64,000 nucleotides of DNA, taken from the IMG/VR virus record IMGVR_UViG_3300030098_007087, positions 1-64,000 of that record; one strand, written 5' to 3'. The DNA comes from a virus. Shown here in pieces: positions 17,043 through 26,900 of this stretch. How positions within the stretch are numbered: position 1 is the first letter of the stretch; each line of letters opens with the position of its first letter. Both the position numbers and the translations under genes were made by a program. The notes beneath the pieces are model-generated. The model was not told the origin of the DNA. It did no database searches and was given only the letters and a program-made list of their open reading frames with translations.

Positions 17043-18185
17043 ATGGAAGATTTAGACATACCATCATTAGATATTGAAGATTTTGATATGGAAGAAGCTG
17101 CCGCAGCAAAAACAGATGAAATTGAAGATGAATCAGGAGGTGCACTAACATACGCAATTATTGGTTCTGGGCAAGGTGGTGGTCGTATCGCCAAAGCATT
17201 TTATGATTTGGGATATAAAAAGACTGTTGCTATTAATACAGCCAAATCAGATTTAGCGCTGCTGGATCTTCCTGATAATCATAAGTTCCATTTGGATTGT
17301 TTCGGTCAGCAAGGGGCTGGTAAAAATCAGGAAAAATCAAAAGAGGCGTTTGAGCTAAAGGGTCAAGAAATTTTCAATAAACTCAGAGAAGTGTTTGGCG
17401 AAAAAATTGATCGTATTTTGATTTGTGTTGGAGCCGCAGGAGGAACCGGGGGAGGAAGTGTATTGCCCTTGGTTGATATTGCAAAAAGATATTTTACATA
17501 TGTAGGAAAAGAGGATGCATCTGAGCGTGTTGGCGTCATCGCATCGTTGCCAACCAGTGGAGAGTGTGCGTCACCAGTTGTGGCAAACAATGCATATAAT
17601 AGAATTCAATCTCTCTGTGCTAGTGCTGCTAATGGTGATTTTGCTCCCCTTGTAATGATTGATAACGATAAGATTAAAAAACTATATCCCAAATTGACTG
17701 TGAAGAAGTTCTGGCCTACGCTAAATAACACAATCGCTGGTTTGTTTCATGTCTTCAATCTTCTTGCAACTAAAAACTCTGATTATACTACTTTTGACCC
17801 AGCAGACTATGACACTGTTATGAAAACAAAAGGTTGTATGATTTTTGGCGTTACAACAGTAAAGGATGTTGAGCATGAAACTTCTATCGCGACAGCTTTG
17901 AAGAGTAACCTTGAAAAGACTCTTTTGGCAACCGGGTTCGATTTGACAACCGCTCAAGGCACAGCCTGTGTTGTTGTTGGAGGAACAACCATTTATGAAG
18001 AGGTTGCAGGTCTCATGGACTCTATCGAATATGGCTTTGATACGCTGGCAGCTATTACTGGTGGCGCAGTTGTTCATAGGGGTATATACGAAGACCCAAA
18101 AAAGGATAAATTAGTCGCTTATACAATGGTAGGTGGGCTAGATGCACCGGCAAAAAGACTAGAAGAACTGCGTAAGTTTCTATAA
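17043..18185 (+). CDS. tubulin/FtsZ-family GTPase (TubZ/PhuZ-like)
   Basis: IIGSGQGGGRI, AINT, GAGK, GAAGGTGGG signature, IDND, FDPADY T7-like loop. Confidence 0.92.
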   Translation: MEDLDIPSLDIEDFDMEEAAAAKTDEIEDESGGALTYAIIGSGQGGGRIAKAFYDLGYKKTVAINTAKSDLALLDLPDNHKFHLDCFGQQGAGKNQEKSKEAFELKGQEIFNKLREVFGEKIDRILICVGAAGGTGGGSVLPLVDIAKRYFTYVGKEDASERVGVIASLPTSGECASPVVANNAYNRIQSLCASAANGDFAPLVMIDNDKIKKLYPKLTVKKFWPTLNNTIAGLFHVFNLLATKNSDYTTFDPADYDTVMKTKGCMIFGVTTVKDVEHETSIATALKSNLEKTLLATGFDLTTAQGTACVVVGGTTIYEEVAGLMDSIEYGFDTLAAITGGAVVHRGIYEDPKKDKLVAYTMVGGLDAPAKRLEELRKFL

Positions 18186-18194
18186 GGAGAAAAA

Positions 18195-18410
18195 ATGAAT
18201 CCAAGGAAAAGAAAATTAGTGAGGGATGGACGTATGAACAATATGGTTCAAGAAGTAGGCAAACAAGATAAATCCACTTCAAAACATGAAGTTTCAAAAA
18301 ATGATCAAGTTCCAATGGATCCTTTTATTGCTAAAGAGTTAGAGGAAATCGAAAGAATTCCGTCGAACGAAAAAAAAACTACAACTAAAAAGAAAAAAGG
18401 TGGCAAATGA
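18195..18410 (+). CDS. small basic hypothetical protein
   Basis: AAGGAG RBS; Lys-rich termini. Confidence 0.6.
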   Translation: MNPRKRKLVRDGRMNNMVQEVGKQDKSTSKHEVSKNDQVPMDPFIAKELEEIERIPSNEKKTTTKKKKGGK

Positions 18411-19033
18411 AGAAAAATTGGCATTTGAACGCTGCTGAAGAAGAAGGCGAATACGAGGGTCCTACTTTGGCTGCCGGTAATTCAGACGATAGCAAAGTGT
18501 CATCGGAATACAATAAAATTTATTTTTATTCTGGAGTGACACGACAAGACAACCTGCAATTAAATAAGCTAATATTGAACACCGGTCAAAAAATGAAAAG
18601 CATAGAGTTGTGCTATAAATTGCCAGAGCCGCCAAAAGTATATTTACACATCAATTCTTATGGTGGGTCTGTCTTTGCAGGCTTTTCGTCAGTGGATTAC
18701 ATCAAAAACTGCCCTGCACCAGTCACATCTGTGATTGATGGCTGCGCTGCCTCGGCTGCAACAATTATGAGTGTAGTCGCCAAAGAAAGATATATTCACG
18801 AGCATGCCTTTATGCTTATTCATCAACTATCTTCGGGTATGTGGGGTAAGTTTGAAGACATGAAAGACGACATGAAGAATAATGAACTTTTGATGAAAAA
18901 GATTATTGGCATTTATGAAGAGCACACAAAACTTCCAAAATCAAAAATCACACAAATTCTAAAACGAGACCTTTGGTGGGACGCCAAGACCTGCTTAAAG
19001 TATGGGCTGGTCGATGATATCATCACCTCATGA
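18407..19033 (+). CDS. clpP: Clp protease proteolytic subunit (ClpP-like)
   Basis: HINSYGGSVFAG, AASAA (Ser), MLIHQ (His), RDLW (Asp), YGLVD. Confidence 0.9.
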   Translation: MKKNWHLNAAEEEGEYEGPTLAAGNSDDSKVSSEYNKIYFYSGVTRQDNLQLNKLILNTGQKMKSIELCYKLPEPPKVYLHINSYGGSVFAGFSSVDYIKNCPAPVTSVIDGCAASAATIMSVVAKERYIHEHAFMLIHQLSSGMWGKFEDMKDDMKNNELLMKKIIGIYEEHTKLPKSKITQILKRDLWWDAKTCLKYGLVDDIITS

Positions 19034-19527
19034 ATTTAGATAAAGAAAATAAAACAACCATTCTAGTCAGTGGGGGATTTGATGTCCCTCATCTAGGTCA
19101 TTTATTATTATTGAAGCATGCCAGTTCTTATGGTAAGGTATATGTTGCCTTGAACAGTGACGAGTGGATCTTGAAAAATAAGGGATATCTACTTTTTGAT
19201 TATGAAAGTAGAAAAATGAATTTGGAGGACATCCCATATGTGCACAGTGTGGTGGATTTTAGTGACAAAGACGGCACCGTTTGTGACGCACTTGATAAAG
19301 TAAAACCAACTTTTTTTGGAAATGGTGGAGCAGCAAAGAATTCTACTATACCAGAAAAAGAACTTGATCTTTGTTTAGAATTAGATATTGAACCAATATT
19401 TGGTTTGGGTGAATGTGCAGATACAATAGAACAAAAATATCTTATTCTAGTTCAAGGAACTATCTTGAGAGAGTCTATTAAGGAAGTTGATAGATTGCAG
19501 AAATTTAGACAACTTTATAAAAATTAG
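19030..19527 (+). CDS. cytidylyltransferase-like (TagD/RfaE-II family)
   Basis: SGGFDVPHLGH, ALNSDEW, GNGG. Confidence 0.8.
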   Translation: MNLDKENKTTILVSGGFDVPHLGHLLLLKHASSYGKVYVALNSDEWILKNKGYLLFDYESRKMNLEDIPYVHSVVDFSDKDGTVCDALDKVKPTFFGNGGAAKNSTIPEKELDLCLELDIEPIFGLGECADTIEQKYLILVQGTILRESIKEVDRLQKFRQLYKN

Positions 19528-20354
19528 TCTTTATCTGGAGGGAGTGAAATCTCTTTCTTTTTGATTAGTTGCTTCATCAATACATCAACCATGTGATCTC
19601 CTATATGTTTAGTTGTTTTGCTATAAATAAAATCAGTTAGATCATCATAAGTTGGTGATAAAGAAACATGATTGAAATTTCTATAAACTGAGTGAATCAT
19701 TCCAACTAACTCACCTTTGTGGTTGACTATTGGAGAGCCGGAACTACCCCCTATCGCTGGTATAGAATAGATATCCGCATTTCTTTTTTGACCATTATAT
19801 AGTCCTTCTTGTAATGGAATCATGCCGGGATGATAGATACCAAGAGGCGCAGCCATATTATATACTTTATCTCCAATTTCTGGAGGTTGAGGCGAGACAT
19901 TTAGTGCTTTCTTGTATAAATCTTTCACCCAAACAATGCAAATGTCATTTTTTGCATCCTGAGCAACAATATTTATATTATACTTCGTGCCGTCTAACGT
20001 CTTCCCTATAAAGACTAGCTCTTTCTTTACATCTTTGATTAGTTCTGGAGCTTCTGACTTGAAAAAGCTATCAATATAGTTTTGAATTCCTGAGTCGTCA
20101 CAAACGTGAGCAGCAGTTAATACATAAGAACCATCAAATTGATTTCTAATTACAGCACCTGAAGCTGTGGAGCCTAACTCCGTGAAAGGTTTACATTCTC
20201 CGTCTTTGCATAAAGAAACAACAAGTGTTTTCTCCAATTTTATGAACGAGTCTCTATATAGAATATCTTTTTGGCTATTTTGGTTTAGACTAGTGCAAGA
20301 TACTGGGATGATGCAAAGAAAAAATAAAAAAAGCCGCATTAGTTTGTTTTTCAT
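19524..20354 (-). CDS. trypsin-like serine protease, putative lipoprotein
   Basis: TAAHVC, NDIC, GGSSGSP catalytic triad; signal ending IPVSC. Confidence 0.9.
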   Translation of the reverse strand: MKNKLMRLFLFFLCIIPVSCTSLNQNSQKDILYRDSFIKLEKTLVVSLCKDGECKPFTELGSTASGAVIRNQFDGSYVLTAAHVCDDSGIQNYIDSFFKSEAPELIKDVKKELVFIGKTLDGTKYNINIVAQDAKNDICIVWVKDLYKKALNVSPQPPEIGDKVYNMAAPLGIYHPGMIPLQEGLYNGQKRNADIYSIPAIGGSSGSPIVNHKGELVGMIHSVYRNFNHVSLSPTYDDLTDFIYSKTTKHIGDHMVDVLMKQLIKKKEISLPPDKD

Positions 20355-20369
20355 CTTTTATCCTCAGTA

Positions 20370-20404
20370 ATAACTAGACTTATCTAAAATAATGATCTAC
20401 TTAT
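20370..20404. promoter_or_regulatory. divergent pair of late-type promoter motifs
   Basis: CTAGTTAT on minus (20370-20377) and CTACTTAT on plus (20397-20404). Confidence 0.5.
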
Positions 20405-20430
20405 AGAGTGAATTAGGAGTTATATTACAA

Positions 20431-20700
20431 ATGTTTAAACAATATATTTTACTGACAGTGTTATTCATGTTGCTATCTTTTACCTTGATATCTGGTTGTG
20501 TTAAAGAAAAAATTAGTATTAAAAAAGACATCATTGTAGATGTTTTAGAGAGGGTACCTGAAAAAAATGAAAATGTAAAGCCCTCTTATACAGAAAACAA
20601 TTTCGATATCCATATATTTACTAATGAAGATGTGAGAAATAAAACAGTTCCTTGCTATTTCTGGACAGTTAAAAATACTCAACTTGAGATTTTGAAATAG
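20431..20700 (+). CDS. small putative lipoprotein
   Basis: AGGAG RBS; hydrophobic signal ending LISGC. Confidence 0.6.
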   Translation: MFKQYILLTVLFMLLSFTLISGCVKEKISIKKDIIVDVLERVPEKNENVKPSYTENNFDIHIFTNEDVRNKTVPCYFWTVKNTQLEILK

Positions 20701-20726
20701 TCCAGCATTGAAACAGAGAGTCGTGA

Positions 20727-22037
20727 ATGAAAAAAGTATATGTTCTGGACACTAGTGTTTGCCTCACCGATGCAGACTGCATAACTTCCTTTGAAAACAA
20801 TGACATAGTTGTTCCCCTCAAAGTCTTGGAAGAAATCGATCATAATAAAAAAAGACAAGATGGTGCTGGTATCAACGCCAGAAAAACCATAAGAATGTTA
20901 GATTCTTATAGAGAAAAGGGTAGTCTTCATAAAGGTGTGCGTATTGCAAAAGGCAAAGGTATTATCCAAGTGAAGGGATACGATGCTGATGTACTGCCTA
21001 AAGAATACGATCCAAACACTCCTGATAATCAAATTATTGCTACTGCTCTTACAGAGAGGACACTTCATAAAAAAAGAAAAGTAATTGTTGTATCCAGAGA
21101 CATCAACATGAGAGTCAAGTGTGATTCTATTGGACTCCTCTCAGAAGACTATATTGAAGGTCAGGTGGTAAAAGACATGAGCTATGTCTATACTGGTACA
21201 ACCTCTCATTTAGTTGATGAGCAAGTAATCGATAAATTCTATTCCAGAGAAGATGTTATGTTGGAGAAGGATGAAATAAAGCTTTATCCAAACCAATTTG
21301 TGATGCTAGTATCTAATTCAAACGAAAAAAAGACGGCTTTAGCTAGATTTGTAAATTATTCTACACCTCTTCAGAGAATACCGCAGAAAAAAGATGGAAT
21401 CTGGGGTGTGCATGCAAAAAACAAAGAACAAGCATTTGCCCTAGATTTACTAATGAACCCAGATATTGACATCATCACACTAGTTGGTAAAGCTGGGTCT
21501 GGTAAAACTCTTTGTGCAATTGCTGCTGCTTTAGAGCAAACAATGGAAGGCGATAACATTTATAAAAGAGTAATTGTCTCCAGACCCATACAGCCCATGG
21601 GTAAAGATATTGGATACTTGCCGGGAACAATGGAAGAGAAAATGAACCCATGGCTGGCTCCTATAGAAGATAATCTTAGGTTTTTGATGGGAAATGATAA
21701 AGAAACACTACAAATGTACATGGATAGTGGTACAATTGAGATCGAAGCCCTAACATATATCCGTGGTAGATCGATAGCAAACGCCTTTATTATTATTGAT
21801 GAGGCTCAGAATCTTACAATACATGAGCTAAAAACTATTGTTACCCGTGTTGGCGAGGGGACAAAGATCGTATTAACTGGCGATATCGAACAAATTGACA
21901 ATGTGTACACAGATGAGACATCTAATGGATTGACTCATGCTGTTGAAAAATTCAAAGATTATGAATTAGCAGGTCATATCATTCTGCAAAAGGGTGAGAG
22001 ATCAAAGGTTGCAACCCTTGCAGCCAAAGTTTTATAA
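20727..22037 (+). CDS. phoH: PIN-domain PhoH-family ATPase (PhoH2/YlaK type)
   Basis: VYVLDTS PIN N-terminus; GKAGSGKT, IGYLPG, YIRGRS, DEAQN, GDIEQID. Confidence 0.95.
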   Translation: MKKVYVLDTSVCLTDADCITSFENNDIVVPLKVLEEIDHNKKRQDGAGINARKTIRMLDSYREKGSLHKGVRIAKGKGIIQVKGYDADVLPKEYDPNTPDNQIIATALTERTLHKKRKVIVVSRDINMRVKCDSIGLLSEDYIEGQVVKDMSYVYTGTTSHLVDEQVIDKFYSREDVMLEKDEIKLYPNQFVMLVSNSNEKKTALARFVNYSTPLQRIPQKKDGIWGVHAKNKEQAFALDLLMNPDIDIITLVGKAGSGKTLCAIAAALEQTMEGDNIYKRVIVSRPIQPMGKDIGYLPGTMEEKMNPWLAPIEDNLRFLMGNDKETLQMYMDSGTIEIEALTYIRGRSIANAFIIIDEAQNLTIHELKTIVTRVGEGTKIVLTGDIEQIDNVYTDETSNGLTHAVEKFKDYELAGHIILQKGERSKVATLAAKVL

Positions 22038-22043
22038 CTTTAC

Positions 22044-22072
22044 TTGACAAACAAAAATCATTATTATATTAT
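22044..22072 (+). promoter_or_regulatory. sigma70-type promoter of tRNA pair
   Basis: TTGACA-N17-TATTAT. Confidence 0.75.
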
Positions 22073-22084
22073 AGCAAACAACAT

Positions 22085-22161
22085 GGACCTCTAGCTCAAT
22101 AGGTTAGAGCATCCGGCTCATAACCGGCAGGTTCTCGGTTCAAGTCCGAGGGGGTCCACCA
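22085..22161 (+). tRNA. tRNA with CAT anticodon, most likely Ile2 (lysidine, reads AUA)
   Basis: Cloverleaf, CTCATAA loop, encoded CCA; GGACC acceptor stem resembles bacterial Ile2 rather than initiator Met. Confidence 0.9.
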
Positions 22162-22164
22162 AAT

Positions 22165-22238
22165 GCGCCCGTAGCTCAGTTGGATAGAGCAACGGCCTTC
22201 TAAGCCGTAGGTCATAGGTTCGAGTCCTATCGGGCGTA
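22165..22238 (+). tRNA. tRNA-Arg(TCT)
   Basis: ACGGC-CTTCTAA-GCCGT anticodon arm, GTTCGAGTC T-loop; no encoded CCA. Confidence 0.93.
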
Positions 22239-22269
22239 CTAAATTGTATTTTATGGACTATTTATTTGC

Positions 22270-22965
22270 ATGAGCGATTATCATAAAAATTGGCAAACAT
22301 TTCTTATAAACGAGGCTGGGTTAGCAAAGATTAGGCAGGATATGCTTGATTTTGATACAGCCTTCATAACAGCTTTTCGTGGAGACATAAATGATAAATC
22401 TATGTGTGCATACACTCCACCCCCTAAAGATGTCTCTGAGAGATCTAGAATGGGTAGAAAGGGCGTCACAAACCGCAGAAACAATAAAGATCTTTCAGCT
22501 TATATATTGAGCCGAGGATACGGATTGAAAAATGTCCAAGGCTCTTACATTGAGAACTTTGGCTCAATAGATCCAGAAAAGATCCCAAGAGAAGTAAAGG
22601 AAAACAGCTTTTTTGTTGTTAACCTAAACAACGACCCCCAATTTTTTGATGAAATCATCGATTTAGGTAAAAGGTATTGTCAGGATTCTGTTATACTAGT
22701 ACCAAAAGGGGGTGAGGCGTTTTTATACGGTACAAACAATACTTATCCCGGCTTGGACCAAAAGGAAACTGTTGGTAAATTCATGGGTGGAGAAACAGGT
22801 GAATTTATGTCAAGGATTGGGGGTCGTCCCTTTATTATGAAAGAAGACGAGGAAACCAAAATTTATAATGACTACTCTGGTAAGCAGCGACAAGCAATAA
22901 AATTGATGTCAAAAAGAGTATTAGGTGAAATTGAAGAAATGCGTTTAGCATTGGAGGATAAATGA
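22270..22965 (+). CDS. conserved phage hypothetical protein, probable internal virion protein
   Basis: N-terminal WQTFLINE leader; FITAFR...GYG...G.YIEN...ENSF pattern; late-type motif just upstream. Confidence 0.75.
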   Translation: MSDYHKNWQTFLINEAGLAKIRQDMLDFDTAFITAFRGDINDKSMCAYTPPPKDVSERSRMGRKGVTNRRNNKDLSAYILSRGYGLKNVQGSYIENFGSIDPEKIPREVKENSFFVVNLNNDPQFFDEIIDLGKRYCQDSVILVPKGGEAFLYGTNNTYPGLDQKETVGKFMGGETGEFMSRIGGRPFIMKEDEETKIYNDYSGKQRQAIKLMSKRVLGEIEEMRLALEDK

Positions 22966-23224
22966 GAGTTGGAGATTTTGTTAGGAACGAACATCACGGA
23001 TTACAAAGATATGGTAAAATTAAAAAAGTTCTAAAAAATCCAAAAGGAGATAATTGGACTTACTTTATTGTTGATTTTGTTGATGACAAAAGATATCAAA
23101 AAGCGGTAGAGCATATAAGAAAAACATCCAAACGAGATTACGAGCCGGAATTTTACAGAGCCGATCAAATCCACTCTCTTGATATCAATCAAACAATTCA
23201 AACCCTTCTAAAATTACAAAATAA

Positions 23225-23234
<10 letters not shown>
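22962..23234 (+). CDS. small SH3-like phage protein (MRVGDFV)
   Basis: GGAGG RBS; N-terminus resembles the 3236 ORF. Confidence 0.7.
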
Positions 23235-23299
<65 letters not shown>

Positions 23300-23325
23300 C
23301 CTATTTATGATAGAGGTAATATGTA

Positions 23326-23559
23326 TTGTCAAATGATGAATACGAAATAGGAGAGTTGGTGAAGGTAAGGCTTTTTGGAACTAGAATTCACAAAGCGCAC
23401 TATCTAGCTTATCCTTACTTCTCATACGGCGTGGTCATTGCAAAAGGAATTTCAAGTTACGATGACAAAGAAGGGTATTTTGTTTTTGTCCAAAAATTAG
23501 AAAAAGTAGAATTTTTCAAAATTGAATGGATGAAAAAAGTAGTAGGAGAAAAAAAATGA
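23326..23559 (+). CDS. small SH3-like phage protein (YEIGELV)
   Basis: IGELVK...YGVVI pattern; TTG start after GAGGT. Confidence 0.6.
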   Translation: MSNDEYEIGELVKVRLFGTRIHKAHYLAYPYFSYGVVIAKGISSYDDKEGYFVFVQKLEKVEFFKIEWMKKVVGEKK

Positions 23560-23777
23560 ATCAGATGTATAAAGCTTTATTGGCACACTTTCAAGCTCAA
23601 AGAGAGGAAGCATTGGCACTTCTTGCATTGTATATGGGCAGCCCACAAGCGGTCGCAGATCATTCAAACATTTTAGAAGAAATGATCAAGTGGACAAAAA
23701 AACTTTCTGAAGCTGAAGAAGCACTTGAGTGCTTGAAAAGAAACATTAATTTCCAAAACACCTCCGACCAAGATTAG
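23556..23777 (+). CDS. small helical-hairpin hypothetical protein
   Basis: AGGAG RBS before ATG 23556; coiled-coil pattern. Confidence 0.65.
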   Translation: MNQMYKALLAHFQAQREEALALLALYMGSPQAVADHSNILEEMIKWTKKLSEAEEALECLKRNINFQNTSDQD

Positions 23778-23980
23778 ACAATCTTACAAAAATAATTTCT
23801 AAAAGACTTGCTGCTTACTATTTATAGTCGAGAAAACCGTACAACAGGGCGTGTTTTCTAACGACAACCATTTCTTACAATGCCCAATTTTACAGGGCAA
23901 CGCAATCTAAAATAAAATAAATAAAATTCACAACTGTTGAAGTGTTTTCTCAGCTATAACTTTATAGGAGGAAATTTATT

Positions 23981-26900
23981 ATGGCTAATTTTAGTGTTTC
24001 CGATTACGGAAAATACGTGTCCTTGCAGAACGTTTCTGGTTCTGGTGATCCATCCGATGCCCCGAACGGAGGTATTTACCTTTTCGCTTCAGGTTCCGGT
24101 GGATCTGCGAAACTTTACTTACAAAATGAAGGCGTCTCATCTCCATTCGACATTGCCGGTGGTGGTACGCTTACAGTCAAAGGTGACAGCGGTTCAGACC
24201 AAACAGTCAACTTGGACTCAGAAGATGTCACCTTTTCAGGTGGTCAGGGTCTTACAACTGTGATGACTGACGACACTGTTACTATCAATCTTGATATTGA
24301 TGGAATGACTTCAGCTACAACTGCTGTTGTTGATGCCGACCTTCTCATCATTGATGATGGTGCAAACGGAACAAATCAGAAGATTACTCGTGGTAACTTG
24401 CTTGGGTCTGCTCTTGCTGCATTTAGCAATGGCTTGACTTCAACAACCATGTCCGGATCATCTACACTTGCAGTTGGTGGAGTAGCGACTTTTGGTGCAA
24501 ACGTTTTACCACTTGCTGATGGTGGAGTGGATCTTGGTTCTTCTTCAAAAGAGTGGAAAGACCTTTACATCGACGGCGTTGCATATGTTGATGAGCTTCA
24601 AGCTGATCAATTGGGTGCTGCTCTTGATGCTAATAATCAAGCAATCACAAACGTAGACATCAATTCTGGTGCTATGGACGGTGTTGTAATTGGTGCTGCT
24701 TCACAAGCTGCTGGTTCTTTCACAACTGTTTCTGGATCATCCACACTTGCAGTTGGCGGAGTAGCAACTTTTGGTGCTAATGTTCTGCCACTTGCAGATG
24801 GCGGCATGGATCTTGGTTCTTCCAGTGCTGAATGGAAAGACCTTTACATCGATGGGGTTGCTTACATCGATGACCTTCGTGCTGATGCACTTGGTGCTGC
24901 ACTAAATTGTGCAAGTCAAGCAATGACCAATGTGAACATTGACTCAGGCGCTATTGATGGTGCTGTCATTGGTGCTAACGATCAGGCTGCTGCTGAGTTT
25001 ACAACTGTATCTGGTTCTGGCAACTTCTCTGTTGGTGGAACTTTAACTTCTGCTGGCAATGTTTTACCACTCGCAGATGGAGCAGTTGATCTTGGTTCTT
25101 CTTTAAAAGAGTTCAAGGATCTTTACATTGACGGAGTTGCATATGTTGATGAGCTTCAAGCTGATCAGTTAGGTGCCGCTCTTGACGCAAACGACCAAGC
25201 TATCACAAATGTTAACATTGACAGTGGTGCTATCGATGGTGTAAATATTGGTTCTAACTCTGCGGTAACATTCCTTACTGCTTCTAACGCATTGATCACA
25301 AACCTCGATGTCGTAACAATCAACAGCGTTTCTCAAACAGAAACAACTCTTGAAGTTTCTGATAAATTGATCGTTGCTGCTCTTTCTGCTTCTTCTGCAA
25401 ACGCCTCAGATGGTGGTCTTAAGATTGGTGGTGGTGCTAGCTCTGATGGTCACGCTTCCATTCTTTGGGATCATGCAAACGGCGCACTTGACTTCAATGT
25501 TGCTGGATCAACTGTAGTCCGCGTTTCTGGCAGTGTATTCCGCCCAGAAAATGATAATGAAGTTGATCTTGGTGCTTCCGGTGCTGAGTTCAAAGATCTT
25601 TACATTGATGGTGTTGCTTACATTGATAGTCTTCAGGCTGATCAATTGGGTGCTGCACTTGATGCAAACAACCAAGCTATCACAAATGTAGACATCAATA
25701 GTGGTGCTATTGACGGAACTACAATTGGTGCCGCATCGCAAGCCGCTGGTCAGTTCACAACTGTATCTGGCTCTGGCGCTGCAACTTTTGCTTCAACAGT
25801 GACTGCACAAGGGAATGTTTTGCCTTTGAACGACAATGGTGCTGACCTTGGTTCTAGCTCCAAAGAGTGGAAAGACCTCTACATTGACGGTGTTGCTTAT
25901 GTTGATGAGCTTCAGGCTGATGCACTCGGCGCTGCACTAAATTGTGCAAGCCAAGCAATGACTAATGTGAACATTGACTCAGGCGCTATTGATGGTGTAA
26001 ATATTGGTTCTAACTCTGCGGTGACATTCTTGACTGCTTCCAGTGCACTGATAACAACCCTACAGATTGCTAATAGAGCGCTCCCAGACGCAGCAGGCGG
26101 TGCCAACATTGGCTCAACCTCTCTACCATTTGGCGATTTTTTCATTGCTGATGATAAAAAAATCAAATTCGGAAACGATCAAGATGCTTCTATTGAATAC
26201 GATGCAGACGGCACAAGCGAACTTCGCTTCGCTGGCGCTGCTGTAACATTCGAGCAAAACGTTTCTTTTGATGAGGACGTAACCCTTGGCTTATCCAATG
26301 CTGATGTTATCAATGTTGCAGGTATGTTTACTGCTTCTTCGGGACTTCTGGTAACTGGAAACCCACTCTACGTTGCTTCCAGAGCAATCGCCGACGATGG
26401 TGCTCTTGCAATAACTTTTGACGGAAGTGGAAACACAGCCATTCAAAATAACATTACCGGTCCAGCAGGCTATGCATCCGGGGACTTCGCTATCTCAAGC
26501 GGTACTGGAAGTTTTGCAGGTAACCTTGTTGTTGGTCTTAGCTCAAACAATCACGGTGGTGATGCTACATTCCACGGCGACGCGACTGGAGAAAAAGCAT
26601 TCTACTCAAGTGAAAACAACATCTTCCAAGTAACTGGATCTTCCACTGGTCTTCAAGTAAGCATTGGTGGTGACGCTACTAGTGAGTATGCTGTTGACGT
26701 TGTAAATGGATCTAACAACAACAATAAGATCCGTGCTGCCGCATTCGTTACTTACTCGGACGAAAGCCTCAAGAGTGATGTTCAGGTAATGAACTCAGCA
26801 CTTGATACTGTTATGTCCTTGGAAGGTGTGGAGTTTACTTGGAACGATTCTGGTCAGAGAGACTTCGGTTTCATCGCTCAGAATGTTGAAAAAGTAATTC

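Noticed and set aside
17043-18185. Evidence for a cellular genome (ftsZ, purA, cysK, clpP, LPS-like genes)
   Set aside because: No dcw or housekeeping context; baseplate, tail fibre and phage sigma genes plus single-strand gene packing indicate a phage
24497-26050. Diversity-generating retroelement acting on the tail fibre
   Set aside because: Repeats are in-frame, differ mostly at synonymous sites rather than adenines, and no reverse transcriptase is present
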